Shown: positions 9,781 to 19,772 of the stretch, piece after piece | Layout: each line of letters starts with the position of its first letter | How positions within the stretch are numbered: position 1 is the stretch's first letter | Origin: an uncultured bacterium | GTDB lineage: Bacteria; Krumholzibacteriota; Krumholzibacteriia; Krumholzibacteriales; Krumholzibacteriaceae | Direction of reading: 5' to 3' | Assembly: GCA_963813815.1 (NCBI GenBank) | Contig: CAWFAD010000012.1 | Span: forward strand, 1-64,000 | DNA length: 64,000 nt | Translations under genes and position numbers: made by a program | The notes under the pieces: model-generated | What the model saw: the letters and a program-made list of their open reading frames with translations, nothing else | The model's database searches: none | What the model was told of the DNA's origin: nothing

Positions 9781-10356
9781 GTGCGGCAGCTGCCGGAGCA
9801 CATCGTCATCGAGAGAGCCAGCCGCGGAGACGAGCGCGCCCTACGCCGCATCCTCGAGGAACACCACGCGCTCATCTACTCGGCCGTGTACGACGTGCTC
9901 CGGAACCGCGCGGAAGCGGAGGACGCCGTGCAGGGCGTTTTCATACGGATCTACCGCGGGCTTCCCGAATTCCGCGGATCGTCGAGGCTTTCGACCTGGA
10001 TATACCGCGTCGCGCGGAACGAAGCCCTGAACGCCCTCGCCAAGCGCCGGACGGACTGCGTTCCGCTCGACGAATGCGCCGATCTCAGATCGCCGGCCGC
10101 GGCGCCCGACGAGAAGCTCGCCGGCGGCGACGCCGCCGAACTCCTCGACCGCGCGATGGAGCGCCTCGACGAGCCACAGCGGATCGCGCTCGAGCTCCGC
10201 TACCGGGCGGAGAAATCGTACGAGGAAATCGCCGATATCATGGATCTGCCGATCGGAACGGTGAGAACTCACCTTCACCGGGGAAAAATCAATCTGCGCC
10301 GGATGCTCGCGCGAGGCGCCGCGGGCGTACCCGTGAAAGGAAGCGACGACGTATGA
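9781..10356 (+). CDS. ECF RNA polymerase sigma factor (sigma70 group 4)
   Basis: GGAGG then GTG at 9781; region 2 EAEDAVQGVF..FRGSSRLSTWIYRVARN; region 4 SYEEIADIMDLPIGTVRTHLHRG. Confidence 0.92.
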   Translation: MRQLPEHIVIERASRGDERALRRILEEHHALIYSAVYDVLRNRAEAEDAVQGVFIRIYRGLPEFRGSSRLSTWIYRVARNEALNALAKRRTDCVPLDECADLRSPAAAPDEKLAGGDAAELLDRAMERLDEPQRIALELRYRAEKSYEEIADIMDLPIGTVRTHLHRGKINLRRMLARGAAGVPVKGSDDV

Positions 10357-10865
10357 CGTGCCGGAACATCGAAGAGCTCATCCCGGCGTATCTCGAGAAC
10401 GATCTCCCGGCGCCGGATCGCGAGGCGGTCGAGCGGCATCTCGCCTCCTGCGCCGCGTGCCGCCTCATCCTCGCGGAGTTCGAGAGTCTCGAGGGCGCCC
10501 TCGCCGGGCTCGCGGGCACGGTGCCCTCCTGGAGCCGGGCGCAGGCCCGCTTCGACCGGCGGTACGGCCGCGAGCGGCGCTACGCGCCGCTCCGCGTCCT
10601 TCTCGCGCCCCCCGCCCTCGCCGGCGTCGCGCTGGCCGCGGCCGGAGCGGCGCTCATCTCGCGCGGGCGCGAGATCACGGCGGCGCTCGAGCCCTTCGGC
10701 GCGATGGCCGCCGCGCGTTCGGCGGCGTTCGGCGACGCGGCCGCCCGCTTCCTCGATGCGCTCGCCGAGATGGATCCCGTTCTGCTCTCCGCTATCTACG
10801 GCCTCTCGGCGCTGGCCGTCATGCTGGGGAACATACGATTCGCCGTGCGGTGGGGAAAAAGATGA
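10353..10865 (+). CDS. zinc-binding anti-sigma factor (zf-HC2) with C-terminal membrane segments
   Basis: ATGA overlap with the sigma stop; MTC..HLASCAAC (HxxxCxxC); hydrophobic C-terminal half. Confidence 0.85.
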   Translation: MTCRNIEELIPAYLENDLPAPDREAVERHLASCAACRLILAEFESLEGALAGLAGTVPSWSRAQARFDRRYGRERRYAPLRVLLAPPALAGVALAAAGAALISRGREITAALEPFGAMAAARSAAFGDAAARFLDALAEMDPVLLSAIYGLSALAVMLGNIRFAVRWGKR

Positions 10866-10877
10866 CGGTCGGGGGGC

Positions 10878-12356
10878 TCAAGACCCGAGCTTATTCCGGA
10901 GGAGCTCGCCGGTGAGCTTGGGGTTGGCGGTGCCACGGCTCTTTTTCATAACCTGCCCGACGAAGAACCCGAGGAGCGCCGTCTTTCCGGCGCGGTAGCG
11001 GGCGGTTTCGTCGGGGCTTTCCGCGATCACCTCGTCGATCCATTGCTCGAGCGCGCCGCTGTCGCTCTCCTGCGCGAGCCCGAGGCGCTCAACGGCCTTC
11101 TCGGCGCCATCGCCCGATCGCGCCATTTCCTTGAAGACCTCGCGGGCCGCCGAGCCGCTCACGACGCTCTTCCTAACGAGCGCTATGAGCCCCGCGAGGC
11201 GCGGCGGATCGATCGGCGCGGCGAATCCGAAGGCCGCCTTCGGCGATGCCGTCCCTCCGGCGGGCCGCGTGGCGGCCGATTCGGACTTCATCTCCTCGAG
11301 CACCTCCCGCATGATCCAATTCGAGGCGAGCTTGGCGTCGGCCCCCGCGGCGACGACCGCCTCGAAATACTCGGCGAGACCCTTCTCGCCGCAGAGAACG
11401 CCCGCGTCGTACTGAGGGATCCCGTACCGTTCCCGCAGCCGCCGCTCCCGCTCGAGCGGCAGCTCGGGGAGCGAGCCCCGGAGCGATTCGATCCATCCCG
11501 CGTCCGCCACGAGCGGCGGGAGGTCCGGCTCGGGGAAATAGCGGTAGTCGTGCGCCTGCTCCTTGCTCCGCATGGGAACGAGACGCTTCGCGGCAGCGTC
11601 CCAGAGGTTCGTGACCTGCTCGATCCGTCCTCCCCCCGAGAGCGCTTCTATCTGCCGGTCGATTTCATAGCGGATGCCCATTTCGACCGCGCGGAACGAG
11701 TTGAGATTCTTTATTTCGGTTTTCGTGCCGAGAGCGGTCGCGCCGGTCCTCCGGACCGAGACGTTGACGTCGCAGCGAAGCGATCCCTCCTCCATGTTGC
11801 CGTCGCAGATCTCGAGATATCGGAGGATCCGTCTCAGCGTCGTGAGGTACTTCGACGCCTCCTCCGGGGAGCGGATCTCGGGACGGCTCACGATCTCGAT
11901 GAGCGGCACGCCGCTGCGGTTGAAATCGACGAGGCTGCCCCCTCCGCCTTCGTGGAGAAGCTTTCCGGCGTCCTCCTCGAGATGGATCCGCTCGATGCCG
12001 ACGCGGCGCGCGGAACCCTCGAGATCGAACTCTATGAATCCGTCCTCGCAGAGCGGCCTGTCGTACATCGATATCTGATAGTTCTTCGGACAATCGGGGT
12101 AAAAGTAGTTCTTGCGCGCGAAGACGCTCCTCTCCGCGATCCGGCAGCTCGTCGCGATTCCCATGCGGATCGCCATGGCGACCGCCTCGCGGTTCAGAAC
12201 GGGGAGCGCTCCGGGAAGCCCGAGGCACACCGGACAGACGAGCGTGTTCGGCTCGGCGCCGAACGCGGCCGGACAGCCGCAGAAGATTTTGGTGCGCGTC
12301 ACGAGCTGGGCGTGGACCTCGAGACCGATGACCGCCTCGTAACCCCTGTCGCTCAC
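10878..12356 (-). CDS. gatB: Asp/Glu-tRNA amidotransferase subunit B
   Basis: YEAVIGLEVHAQL, RKNYFYPD, HLEEDAGK, MEEGSLRCD, DYRYFPEPDL, GFFVGQVMK; GTG overlaps the gatA stop. Confidence 0.96.
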   Translation of the reverse strand: MSDRGYEAVIGLEVHAQLVTRTKIFCGCPAAFGAEPNTLVCPVCLGLPGALPVLNREAVAMAIRMGIATSCRIAERSVFARKNYFYPDCPKNYQISMYDRPLCEDGFIEFDLEGSARRVGIERIHLEEDAGKLLHEGGGGSLVDFNRSGVPLIEIVSRPEIRSPEEASKYLTTLRRILRYLEICDGNMEEGSLRCDVNVSVRRTGATALGTKTEIKNLNSFRAVEMGIRYEIDRQIEALSGGGRIEQVTNLWDAAAKRLVPMRSKEQAHDYRYFPEPDLPPLVADAGWIESLRGSLPELPLERERRLRERYGIPQYDAGVLCGEKGLAEYFEAVVAAGADAKLASNWIMREVLEEMKSESAATRPAGGTASPKAAFGFAAPIDPPRLAGLIALVRKSVVSGSAAREVFKEMARSGDGAEKAVERLGLAQESDSGALEQWIDEVIAESPDETARYRAGKTALLGFFVGQVMKKSRGTANPKLTGELLRNKLGS

Positions 12357-13825
12357 GCCGTCCGCCCCCCTCCCGCATCCGGCCCCGGAAAGCGCTCGCG
12401 GAACCGGAAGACCCGCTCGAGCCCATAGGCGCCGCGCAGCAGCACGCTCTCCTTCCCCCATCCCGCGAAAAGCTGCATGCCGATCGGAAGCCCGTCCGAC
12501 GAAAGCGCCGCCGGCACCGAGATCGCCGGGAAGCCGGCGATATTGGCCGGCGTCGTGAAAATGTCGGAGAGGTACATCGCGATCGGATCGGCGAGCCGCT
12601 CGCCGAGCCTGAAGGCCGGCGTCGGCGAGGTCGGCAGCAGGACGAGATCGAATCTGCGAAAGACGTCCCCGAACTGCGAGCGGATGAGCGCTTGGACCCG
12701 CTGAGCCTTGGCGTAATACGCGTCGTAGTACCCCGACGACAGAACGAACGTGCCGAGCAGGATCCGGCGTTTGACCTCTTCTCCGAAACCTTCGCCCCGC
12801 GTTCGCTCGTACATCTCGCCGAGCGCCTCGCTCGCCGCACGGTAACCGTACCTCACGCCGTCGTAGCGGGCGAGGTTCGAGGAGGCCTCGGCGTTCGCCA
12901 GAACGTAGTAGGACGCGATCGAGGATTCCATGCCGGGAAGCTCGACCGTCTCCGGCTTCAAGCCATCGGCGGAAAGATCCGCGACGGTCCGCATCGCGAC
13001 CTCGCGAACCTCCTCGTCCATCTCCCACCGGTCGATTCCCGCCGGAACGGCCACGCGGAGCCCTCCGAGACCCTTCTCGAGATCGGCCGCGAGGACCGGC
13101 GCCGGTTCCGAAAGGGTCGTCGAGTCGAGCGCGTCGTGCCCGGCGATCGCCTCCATGACGCGCGCCGCGTCCCGAACGTCCCTCGTCATCGGCCCGATCT
13201 GATCGAGGCTCGACGCGAAGGCCACGAGACCGTAGCGCGATACCCTCCCGTAGGTCCCCTTGAGCCCCGTTATGCCGCACAGGGCGGCCGGCTGGCGGAT
13301 GGAGCCCCCCGTATCGGACCCGAGCGCGGCGAGCGCCATCCCCGCGGCGACTGCGGCCGCCGATCCGCCGCTCGATCCGCCCGGGGCCCGCCCCCCGTCC
13401 CAAGGATTCTTCGTGATCTGAAACGCCGAGTTCTCGCACGAGGAGCCCATCGCGAACTCGTCGAGGTTCGTCTTGCCGACGATCACGGCGCCGGCGCGCT
13501 TCAGGCGCTCCACCGCCGTGGCGTCGTAGGGCGGACGATACGTCTCGAGCATCTTCGAGGCGCACGTCGTCGGAACGCCGCGCGTGCAGATGTTGTCCTT
13601 GACGGCGACCGGGACGCCGTAGAGAAGGCGGCCGTCGTATCCGCCCTCGTCGAGCTCGCGGGCGCGCGAGAGGGCCTCCTCCTCGAACACGCGAAGAAAG
13701 GCCCGAATGGAGGGCTCGCCCGCCGCGATGCGGGCGAGGTACGCGTCGATGACCTCCCGAACGGAGATCTTCCTCCTCCGGTAGAGCCCGGCGAGCCCTT
13801 CGATGGAGTGTCCGAGAATATCCAT
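12353..13825 (-). CDS. gatA: Asp/Glu-tRNA amidotransferase subunit A
   Basis: GKTNLDEFAMGSS, PGGSSGGS, GSDTGGSIRQPA, SNLARYDG, EVKRRILLG. Confidence 0.96.
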   Translation of the reverse strand: MDILGHSIEGLAGLYRRRKISVREVIDAYLARIAAGEPSIRAFLRVFEEEALSRARELDEGGYDGRLLYGVPVAVKDNICTRGVPTTCASKMLETYRPPYDATAVERLKRAGAVIVGKTNLDEFAMGSSCENSAFQITKNPWDGGRAPGGSSGGSAAAVAAGMALAALGSDTGGSIRQPAALCGITGLKGTYGRVSRYGLVAFASSLDQIGPMTRDVRDAARVMEAIAGHDALDSTTLSEPAPVLAADLEKGLGGLRVAVPAGIDRWEMDEEVREVAMRTVADLSADGLKPETVELPGMESSIASYYVLANAEASSNLARYDGVRYGYRAASEALGEMYERTRGEGFGEEVKRRILLGTFVLSSGYYDAYYAKAQRVQALIRSQFGDVFRRFDLVLLPTSPTPAFRLGERLADPIAMYLSDIFTTPANIAGFPAISVPAALSSDGLPIGMQLFAGWGKESVLLRGAYGLERVFRFRERFPGPDAGGGRTA

Positions 13826-13854
13826 GGCGTTTCCGCGATCCCCGCGGCGGCGCG

Positions 13855-14148
13855 TCAGCCGTCCTCCGTTTCGATGACCGGCGGAACTTCGAAGAATACG
13901 TCGCGTTTCCCGGGCGCCTCGGCTAGTATCTCCTCGCGCGGGAGGCACGGCCGCGGCTCGTCCGCGCGCAGGGGCGCCCCGTCTCTTCCCCCGCGCGAAC
14001 CGTCCTCCGGCGCGTCGACGGCCTCGAGGCGCCGGACGAACTCGATAATGCGCGAAAGCTGCTCGCGCAGCTTCTCCCTCGATTCACCGCCGAGCTTCAC
14101 GCGGGCGAGTCGTTCGATGTGTTCGAGATCCTTTTCCGTGAATTCCAT
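13855..14148 (-). CDS. gatC: Asp/Glu-tRNA amidotransferase subunit C
   Basis: HIERLARVKL..LRADE..FFEVPPVIE; about 97 aa, upstream of gatA; alternative start 14157. Confidence 0.88.
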   Translation of the reverse strand: MEFTEKDLEHIERLARVKLGGESREKLREQLSRIIEFVRRLEAVDAPEDGSRGGRDGAPLRADEPRPCLPREEILAEAPGKRDVFFEVPPVIETEDG

Positions 14149-14180
14149 TGCCGGCATCCTTTCCCCGTCCGGAAAGGCAC

Positions 14181-14209
14181 ACGCTACCAGCTACGGCGGG
14201 CCCTGTCAA
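14181..14209 (-). promoter_or_regulatory. putative sigma70 promoter of gatCAB
   Basis: TTGACA-N17-TAGCGT with TGn extension. Confidence 0.55.
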
Positions 14210-14227
14210 CATCGCCGGCCCGGGGGC

Positions 14228-16420
14228 TCAGGCGAAGCGAAAGGGCGCGTACGCCACGAGAAACTTCTTTTCGCCGTGGCCGGCGAAATAGACCGAGACC
14301 TTCATGTCCGCGCCGCTCCCCTCGACGGAGCGGACGACGCCCTCGCCGTAGGTCGGATGGAACACCGTCGCGCCCTTCCGGAAACGCCCCGTCCGGCCCT
14401 CTCCGGCCGGCTCGGCCGCGGTCTCCGCCGCAGAGCCGCGGGGTCCGACCGCCCGGAACGCCGACGAGATCTCCGGCACCCGCCGGCACACCCCGCCCCG
14501 CGCCGCGCGGCGCGGCTCCTCATCTTCCGCATCGAGCAGCGCCGCCGGAATCTCGCCGAGAAACCGCGACGGCTGGTTGACGATCCAGCTTCCGAAACGC
14601 ATGCGGTTCGCGGCGGAAAAGAGAAAGAGACGCTCGCGGGCGCGCGTCATCCCGACGTAGAAGAGACGCCGCTCCTCCTCGATCTCGGCCGCGTCGTCGA
14701 AGCTCGAGTAGTGCGGCAGGAGGCCTTCCTCGATGCCGGTGATGATCACCGCCCGGTACTCGAGCCCCTTCGCGTTGTGGAGCGTCATGAGCGCGACGGT
14801 CTCCTCCTCCTTGAGATCGTCGAGAGCGCTCATGAGGGCGATCTCCTCGAGGAACGCGCCGAGACGCGCCTCCGGCGCCGAGGCGGAGAATCGCTGCGTC
14901 TCGACAAGGAGCTCATCGACGTTTTCGAGGCGCGTCTCCGCGGTTTTCGGATCCTCCCCGAGGTGCTCGCGGTACTTCGTTCTCTCGATCACCGCCGAGA
15001 GAACGTCGTGGGCGGTGCCGGTGGCCGCGATCACCTGGAGACCCGCTATGAGATCCGAGAACGCCGCGACCTTCGACCGCTGCGCGCTCGGGAGGCCGTC
15101 GAGAAACGCCGTCCGTCTCGTCGCGGCGAGACAGCTTCCGTCCCCCGCCGCGACCGCGATGCGTTCGATTGCGACGTCCCCGATCCCGCGCCGCGGCGCG
15201 TTGACGACGCGCTTGAAGTTGACGTTGTCGCTCGGATTGGCGACGAGCTTCAGGTAGCCGAGAAGATCGCGGATTTCCCGGCGCTCGTAGAACCGCACGC
15301 CGCCGATGATCTGGTACGGCAGGGCCCCCGTCCGCAGCGCCGACTCGATCGCCCGGGACTGCGCATGGGTGCGGTAGAGGACGGCGATTTCGCTCCTTCG
15401 GAGCCCCGCCCGCAGGAGGCCGACGATCGTATCGCGGACGCGGGCTCCCTCGTCCTCGTCGTCCTCGACGAAGACGAGCTTCGGCTTCTCGCCGGGCCCA
15501 AGCTTCGACCAGAGGCTCTTTCCCTTGCGGCCCTTGTTGCGGCTGATGAGATGATTCGCCGCCTCGAGGATTCCGTTCGTGGAGCGATAGTTCTCCTCGA
15601 GCCGGATGACGGTCGTTCCCTCGTACACGCGATCGAACTGGAGGATGTTGTCCACCGTGGCGCCGCGCCAGCCGTAGATCGCCTGATCGTCGTCGCCCAC
15701 GACGAAGAGATTGCGGTGCTGCGAGGCGAATCCGTCGATCATGAGCATCTGAATCGTGCTCGTGTCCTGAAACTCGTCGACCAGCACGTAGCGAAACTGG
15801 CGCGCGTACCGTTCCTTGACGTGCGGATGGGCCATGAAGAGCTCCACGACGCGGGCGATGAGATCGTCGAAGTCGAGGGCGTTCGCGCGGTGCAGGCCCT
15901 TGCGGTATCCGTCGTAAATCCGCGCGTACCGCTCCCCCGCGAGATCGGCGGCCTGCCCGAGCGCCTCTTCGGGCGGCACGAGCCCGCATTTCCACCGGGA
16001 TATGCGATCGCGCACGGCCGGCGGCGGATACTCGTCGACGCCCCAGCCGTTCGCCTTGATCGTCTCCTTGACGAGCGCGGTCGAATCGTCCTCGTCGTAC
16101 ACGGAGAAGTCATTCTTGAGACCGAGGTGCGACGCCTCGCGCCGGAGTATCTTGAGCCCGGTCGCGTGGAACGTGCCGATCCAGAACGGAAGCTCCCGAG
16201 CCCCGAGGAGCCGCTCGACGCGCGAGCGCATCTCCCCCGCCGCCTTGTTCGTGAACGTGAAGGCGAGAATGCGCTCCGGGGAGACGCCGCAGTCTCGGAT
16301 GAGATGCGCGATGCGCTCCGTGAGGACGCGCGTCTTGCCGCTCCCGGCTCCCGCGAGCACGAGCACGGGGCCTTCGGTCTCCGCGACCGCCTGGCGCTGC
16401 TGCGGATTGAGCGTGTCCAT
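14228..16420 (-). CDS. pcrA: UvrD/PcrA ATP-dependent DNA helicase
   Basis: LAGAGSGKT, FTNKAA, VDEFQD, VGDDDQ, LEENYRS, TLHNAKGLE, EERRLFYVGMTRA, C-terminal Tudor-like domain; real start MDTLNPQQ at 16420. Confidence 0.95.
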   Translation of the reverse strand: MDTLNPQQRQAVAETEGPVLVLAGAGSGKTRVLTERIAHLIRDCGVSPERILAFTFTNKAAGEMRSRVERLLGARELPFWIGTFHATGLKILRREASHLGLKNDFSVYDEDDSTALVKETIKANGWGVDEYPPPAVRDRISRWKCGLVPPEEALGQAADLAGERYARIYDGYRKGLHRANALDFDDLIARVVELFMAHPHVKERYARQFRYVLVDEFQDTSTIQMLMIDGFASQHRNLFVVGDDDQAIYGWRGATVDNILQFDRVYEGTTVIRLEENYRSTNGILEAANHLISRNKGRKGKSLWSKLGPGEKPKLVFVEDDEDEGARVRDTIVGLLRAGLRRSEIAVLYRTHAQSRAIESALRTGALPYQIIGGVRFYERREIRDLLGYLKLVANPSDNVNFKRVVNAPRRGIGDVAIERIAVAAGDGSCLAATRRTAFLDGLPSAQRSKVAAFSDLIAGLQVIAATGTAHDVLSAVIERTKYREHLGEDPKTAETRLENVDELLVETQRFSASAPEARLGAFLEEIALMSALDDLKEEETVALMTLHNAKGLEYRAVIITGIEEGLLPHYSSFDDAAEIEEERRLFYVGMTRARERLFLFSAANRMRFGSWIVNQPSRFLGEIPAALLDAEDEEPRRAARGGVCRRVPEISSAFRAVGPRGSAAETAAEPAGEGRTGRFRKGATVFHPTYGEGVVRSVEGSGADMKVSVYFAGHGEKKFLVAYAPFRFA

Positions 16421-16464
16421 GCGATTCACCGTTTGCTTCGGGGTAACCGGGCCGGGCCGCGCCG

Positions 16465-19400
16465 CTAGAACTGCGGCCCGAGGTAGAACTGAAATACGGA
16501 TTCGCCCGTCTCGCTGAAATCGGTCGGCCATCCCCATTCGAAATTGAGAACGATATAGCCGAAGCGCATATGGAAGCCGGCTCCAAAATCGCTGTAAAAC
16601 GGCACCCCGTTGAGCGTCCGGGGATCCACCAGCGGTAGCGCCTCGATGTAGCGATCGCGCCCCCACACCGCTCCCGAATCGACGAAGAACGATCCGCCGA
16701 TGCCCGTGATCCCCCAGCGCCCCGGCCAGCCGAATATGACGGCGTCGAGGAGCGGGTAACGATATTCGAGCGTGAAGAGAAGCATGCGCGAGCCCGAGAA
16801 CTGCAGGTAGTCGTACCCGCGCATCGTCGTCGGTCCGCCGAGGAAGAAAACGCGCCCGTCGTCGCCCGAGCTCGTGGCGCCCATGCTCCGGAACACGAGG
16901 TAGTTCCGGTAGAAGAGCGGCTGATATTTCCGGAAATCGTAGTACGCCGAAAAGCGGTCGATCATGTCGCCCGAGATGGGAACGGCCTGCGAGACGCTCG
17001 CGAGCCAGCGGGATCCGATCACCGGGCCGAACTCGCCCCAGTACGCGGAATCGTGCACGAGGGAGAGCGCCGGCTGGAGGACGTACCGCGTCGATTTCTC
17101 GGGCACCGTGTAGGCGTATATTCCGTCCTGCACCTCGTAGATGCCGAAGAACTCGCGCTCGGAAACGAAACCCTCGAGCTCGAGATCGAGCCGCGTGAAG
17201 GTCGAGAGCGGGTAGCTCACGAGGCCGGAAACGCCGTAGTTGCGCTCGGTGAACATGCGGTAATCCTGGAAGGTCTCCCCGATGGACGACACGCGCGAGT
17301 TGAGGTAATTCTTGTACTGGAAGACGCCGACGGCGTAATCGAGCCGTTTCTTGAGATAGTAGTAGCTGACCTGAATGTCGCTGTCCTCGATCGACTGATA
17401 GATGTTGAACGCGATGAAGAGATGGTGGTCGCCCAGAAGATCGCTGAAGGCGATCTGGTTCATGAGCCCGAATCCGTACCCGGAGAAGAAATAGACGCTC
17501 CCTACGTTTCCGATGTAGTCGGGCGCGAGCTTCAGCCGGTACGGCTGTATCGAGCCGACTTCGCTCGCCACGCGCCGCCGGATCGCCTCGAGCGTGTCGG
17601 GATCGATGTTGTCCTTCGAGTCCTCGTCCACGACGACGGTGGGAGGCTCCTCCTCGACGCCGAAGCCCGCGAGCCTGCGCGAGGGCGGCTCGGCGAGCGC
17701 GGAAGCGTCCGCTTCGAGCGTCGCGGATGCGCGGATTTCCCCGGTCCCCATCGTGTCGACGCGCGAGTCCCCGGCCTCGGGCGCACCGGCGCCGGCGATC
17801 TCGACGGGCTCCCGAGCGGCGGCCGACGTGTCCGCTTCGGCCGGCGGCGCGGCGTCCGCCGCGAGCTGCGGCCCGCCGGTCGAGAATGCTTCCCTCGACT
17901 TGCGCCCGAACTCGTCCATCATGAAGAGATCGAACCCGGCCTGGCTGAAGGAGCTCATCACGAGGCGATCCTTCGAGGGCGAATACGAGAACGAAAAGAC
18001 GCCCCCCAGCACGTCCGTGAACCGGTAATAGCTCCCCCTCTCGACGCTGCCGCGGTACAGGTTGCTGATCCCGATTTCGTCGGAGGTGAAGAGCAGCTCC
18101 TCGCCTCCGGGCAGAATCGACGGATTCGCGTCGTCGCCCGGGGTCCGGATGAGGAGACGCCGTTCCTTCGTCCCGCAATCGACGCTCCAGATATCGGCGT
18201 CGACTGAATCGATCCCCCCGGCGGCGGCGAAATCGATCGGCGGGAGCCTCAGTGTCCCCGCGCTGTCCGCCTCGAACGACGGCTGGATCGTCGGCGAAGC
18301 CGAGCGCGAGTAGGCGATCCTCGTTCCGTCGGGGAACCACGCGGGCGTCGACTCGTCGGCGGGGTCGTCCGTGATCCTCTCGAGCTCGCCCGTCGCGACG
18401 CGGTAGAGATAGAGATCCACGACCCCCCTCAGCACGCCGACGAGAGCGATCGCCTCGCCGTCCGGAGACCACGCGGGGCTCTGGAAGAAATCGAGCGGGA
18501 GCCGAATCTCGGCGACGACCTTTCCCCGAGGAACGGTCGCGATGAAGAGCCGGTCGAACCCGCCGGACTTGGCGACGAACGCGATGCGCGACCCGTCCGG
18601 GCTATAGGTGAGGCTCGAGTTCATGCTGCGGATCGATTCGAAGCGCGCGGTCATCATCCCCGTGACGAGCCGCTTCTCGACCTTGCCGGTGAGGGCGTTC
18701 ATGAGGTAGATGCCGTCGAGACCCTTGCGGTCCGAAAAGTACACGAGCCGCTCGCCGTCCGGGGAGAACGCCGGTTTCGTGTTCATGTAATGGTGCTGCT
18801 TGACGTGATCGGTGAGGCGCCGCCCGTAGATCTCGGGCTCCTTCTTGTCCGCGTACAGCGGCCAGTAACGCTTCCGGATCGATTTCTTCCAGTCGCGGCT
18901 GAGCTCCGCCTGCGTGACGCCGAGGGAATTCTGGATCGCCCCGGCGAGCGATCCGCCGCGAAGCCCTTCGAGAATCTCCATGACCTTGCCGGGGCCGTAC
19001 GTCTCGTTGAGATAGCGAATACCTGCCTGGCCGGCCTTGTAGGCCATGTATCCTCCGGCGTATTCCAGCTCGGGCAGGTAATCGAACACCGCCGCGTCCC
19101 GCATGAACATCTCGCCGCTCCCCTCCCACCCGACCGAGTAGTACTCGGCGAGGCCCTCGGCGAACCAGAGGGGAACGGCGAAGAGGCGGCCGCGCGAGAA
19201 CACCGATTTGAGGAGGTTCCCGTACACGATGTCGAAGGTGAATATGTGCACGAGCTCGTGAACGGCCGTGGCGGCGTATCCACTACCCGAGCCGGTGAAA
19301 TAAATCACGATGCGGCGGCGCGTCGGCTCGCTGAACGCGAGCACGCCCTCGGGCAGAAGCGACCACGTGACGTTCGTCTGCTGGAAGTCGGACTGGCTTC

Positions 19401-19725
19401 CGTAGACGATCACGGGAATCCGCCAGGCGATTTGGTGCGAGAAATCCCTCGACAGCTTCTCGTAGCCGTGCTCGAGGACGAAGCCCGTCCTCGCCGCGAG
19501 ATCGCCGTATCCCTCCGAGAAATGAACGTCGAAATGCGGCGTTCGGAGTATCCGCCAATCGTGGTCGCGGTACTGTATCTTGTTCTTTCCGAACCAGCCC
19601 GTTTGGGCCCCGGCCGGAGGCGGCGCGAGCGCCAGCGCGAGCGCGACGACCGCCGCCGCCGCGGCGAGGCGCGCCGGCGCGCCGGCCCGCCCTCCCGTTT
19701 CACGTTTCACGCGGCGATTCGTCAT
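16465..19725 (-). CDS. Omp85-family outer-membrane protein with an N-terminal gluzincin-like metallopeptidase domain and PD40/TolB-like propeller
   Basis: Signal peptide, FGKNKIQY; HELVH..WFAEGLAEY; repeated PAFSPDG/PAWSPDG/PAWFPDG; C-terminal barrel with MRGY loop motif, LEYRYP and terminal Phe. Confidence 0.85.
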   Translation of the reverse strand: MTNRRVKRETGGRAGAPARLAAAAAVVALALALAPPPAGAQTGWFGKNKIQYRDHDWRILRTPHFDVHFSEGYGDLAARTGFVLEHGYEKLSRDFSHQIAWRIPVIVYGSQSDFQQTNVTWSLLPEGVLAFSEPTRRRIVIYFTGSGSGYAATAVHELVHIFTFDIVYGNLLKSVFSRGRLFAVPLWFAEGLAEYYSVGWEGSGEMFMRDAAVFDYLPELEYAGGYMAYKAGQAGIRYLNETYGPGKVMEILEGLRGGSLAGAIQNSLGVTQAELSRDWKKSIRKRYWPLYADKKEPEIYGRRLTDHVKQHHYMNTKPAFSPDGERLVYFSDRKGLDGIYLMNALTGKVEKRLVTGMMTARFESIRSMNSSLTYSPDGSRIAFVAKSGGFDRLFIATVPRGKVVAEIRLPLDFFQSPAWSPDGEAIALVGVLRGVVDLYLYRVATGELERITDDPADESTPAWFPDGTRIAYSRSASPTIQPSFEADSAGTLRLPPIDFAAAGGIDSVDADIWSVDCGTKERRLLIRTPGDDANPSILPGGEELLFTSDEIGISNLYRGSVERGSYYRFTDVLGGVFSFSYSPSKDRLVMSSFSQAGFDLFMMDEFGRKSREAFSTGGPQLAADAAPPAEADTSAAAREPVEIAGAGAPEAGDSRVDTMGTGEIRASATLEADASALAEPPSRRLAGFGVEEEPPTVVVDEDSKDNIDPDTLEAIRRRVASEVGSIQPYRLKLAPDYIGNVGSVYFFSGYGFGLMNQIAFSDLLGDHHLFIAFNIYQSIEDSDIQVSYYYLKKRLDYAVGVFQYKNYLNSRVSSIGETFQDYRMFTERNYGVSGLVSYPLSTFTRLDLELEGFVSEREFFGIYEVQDGIYAYTVPEKSTRYVLQPALSLVHDSAYWGEFGPVIGSRWLASVSQAVPISGDMIDRFSAYYDFRKYQPLFYRNYLVFRSMGATSSGDDGRVFFLGGPTTMRGYDYLQFSGSRMLLFTLEYRYPLLDAVIFGWPGRWGITGIGGSFFVDSGAVWGRDRYIEALPLVDPRTLNGVPFYSDFGAGFHMRFGYIVLNFEWGWPTDFSETGESVFQFYLGPQF

Positions 19726-19772
19726 GGCTATAACTTCGCTCTTGCGCCCCTTCCCGGCAAGCACATTTGGCG

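Noticed and set aside
10878..18472. Apparent long N-terminal fusions on GatB (895 aa) and PcrA (1414 aa) in the ORF track
   Set aside because: The extensions are off-frame reads over gatA and the Omp85 gene; real starts are 12356 and 16420
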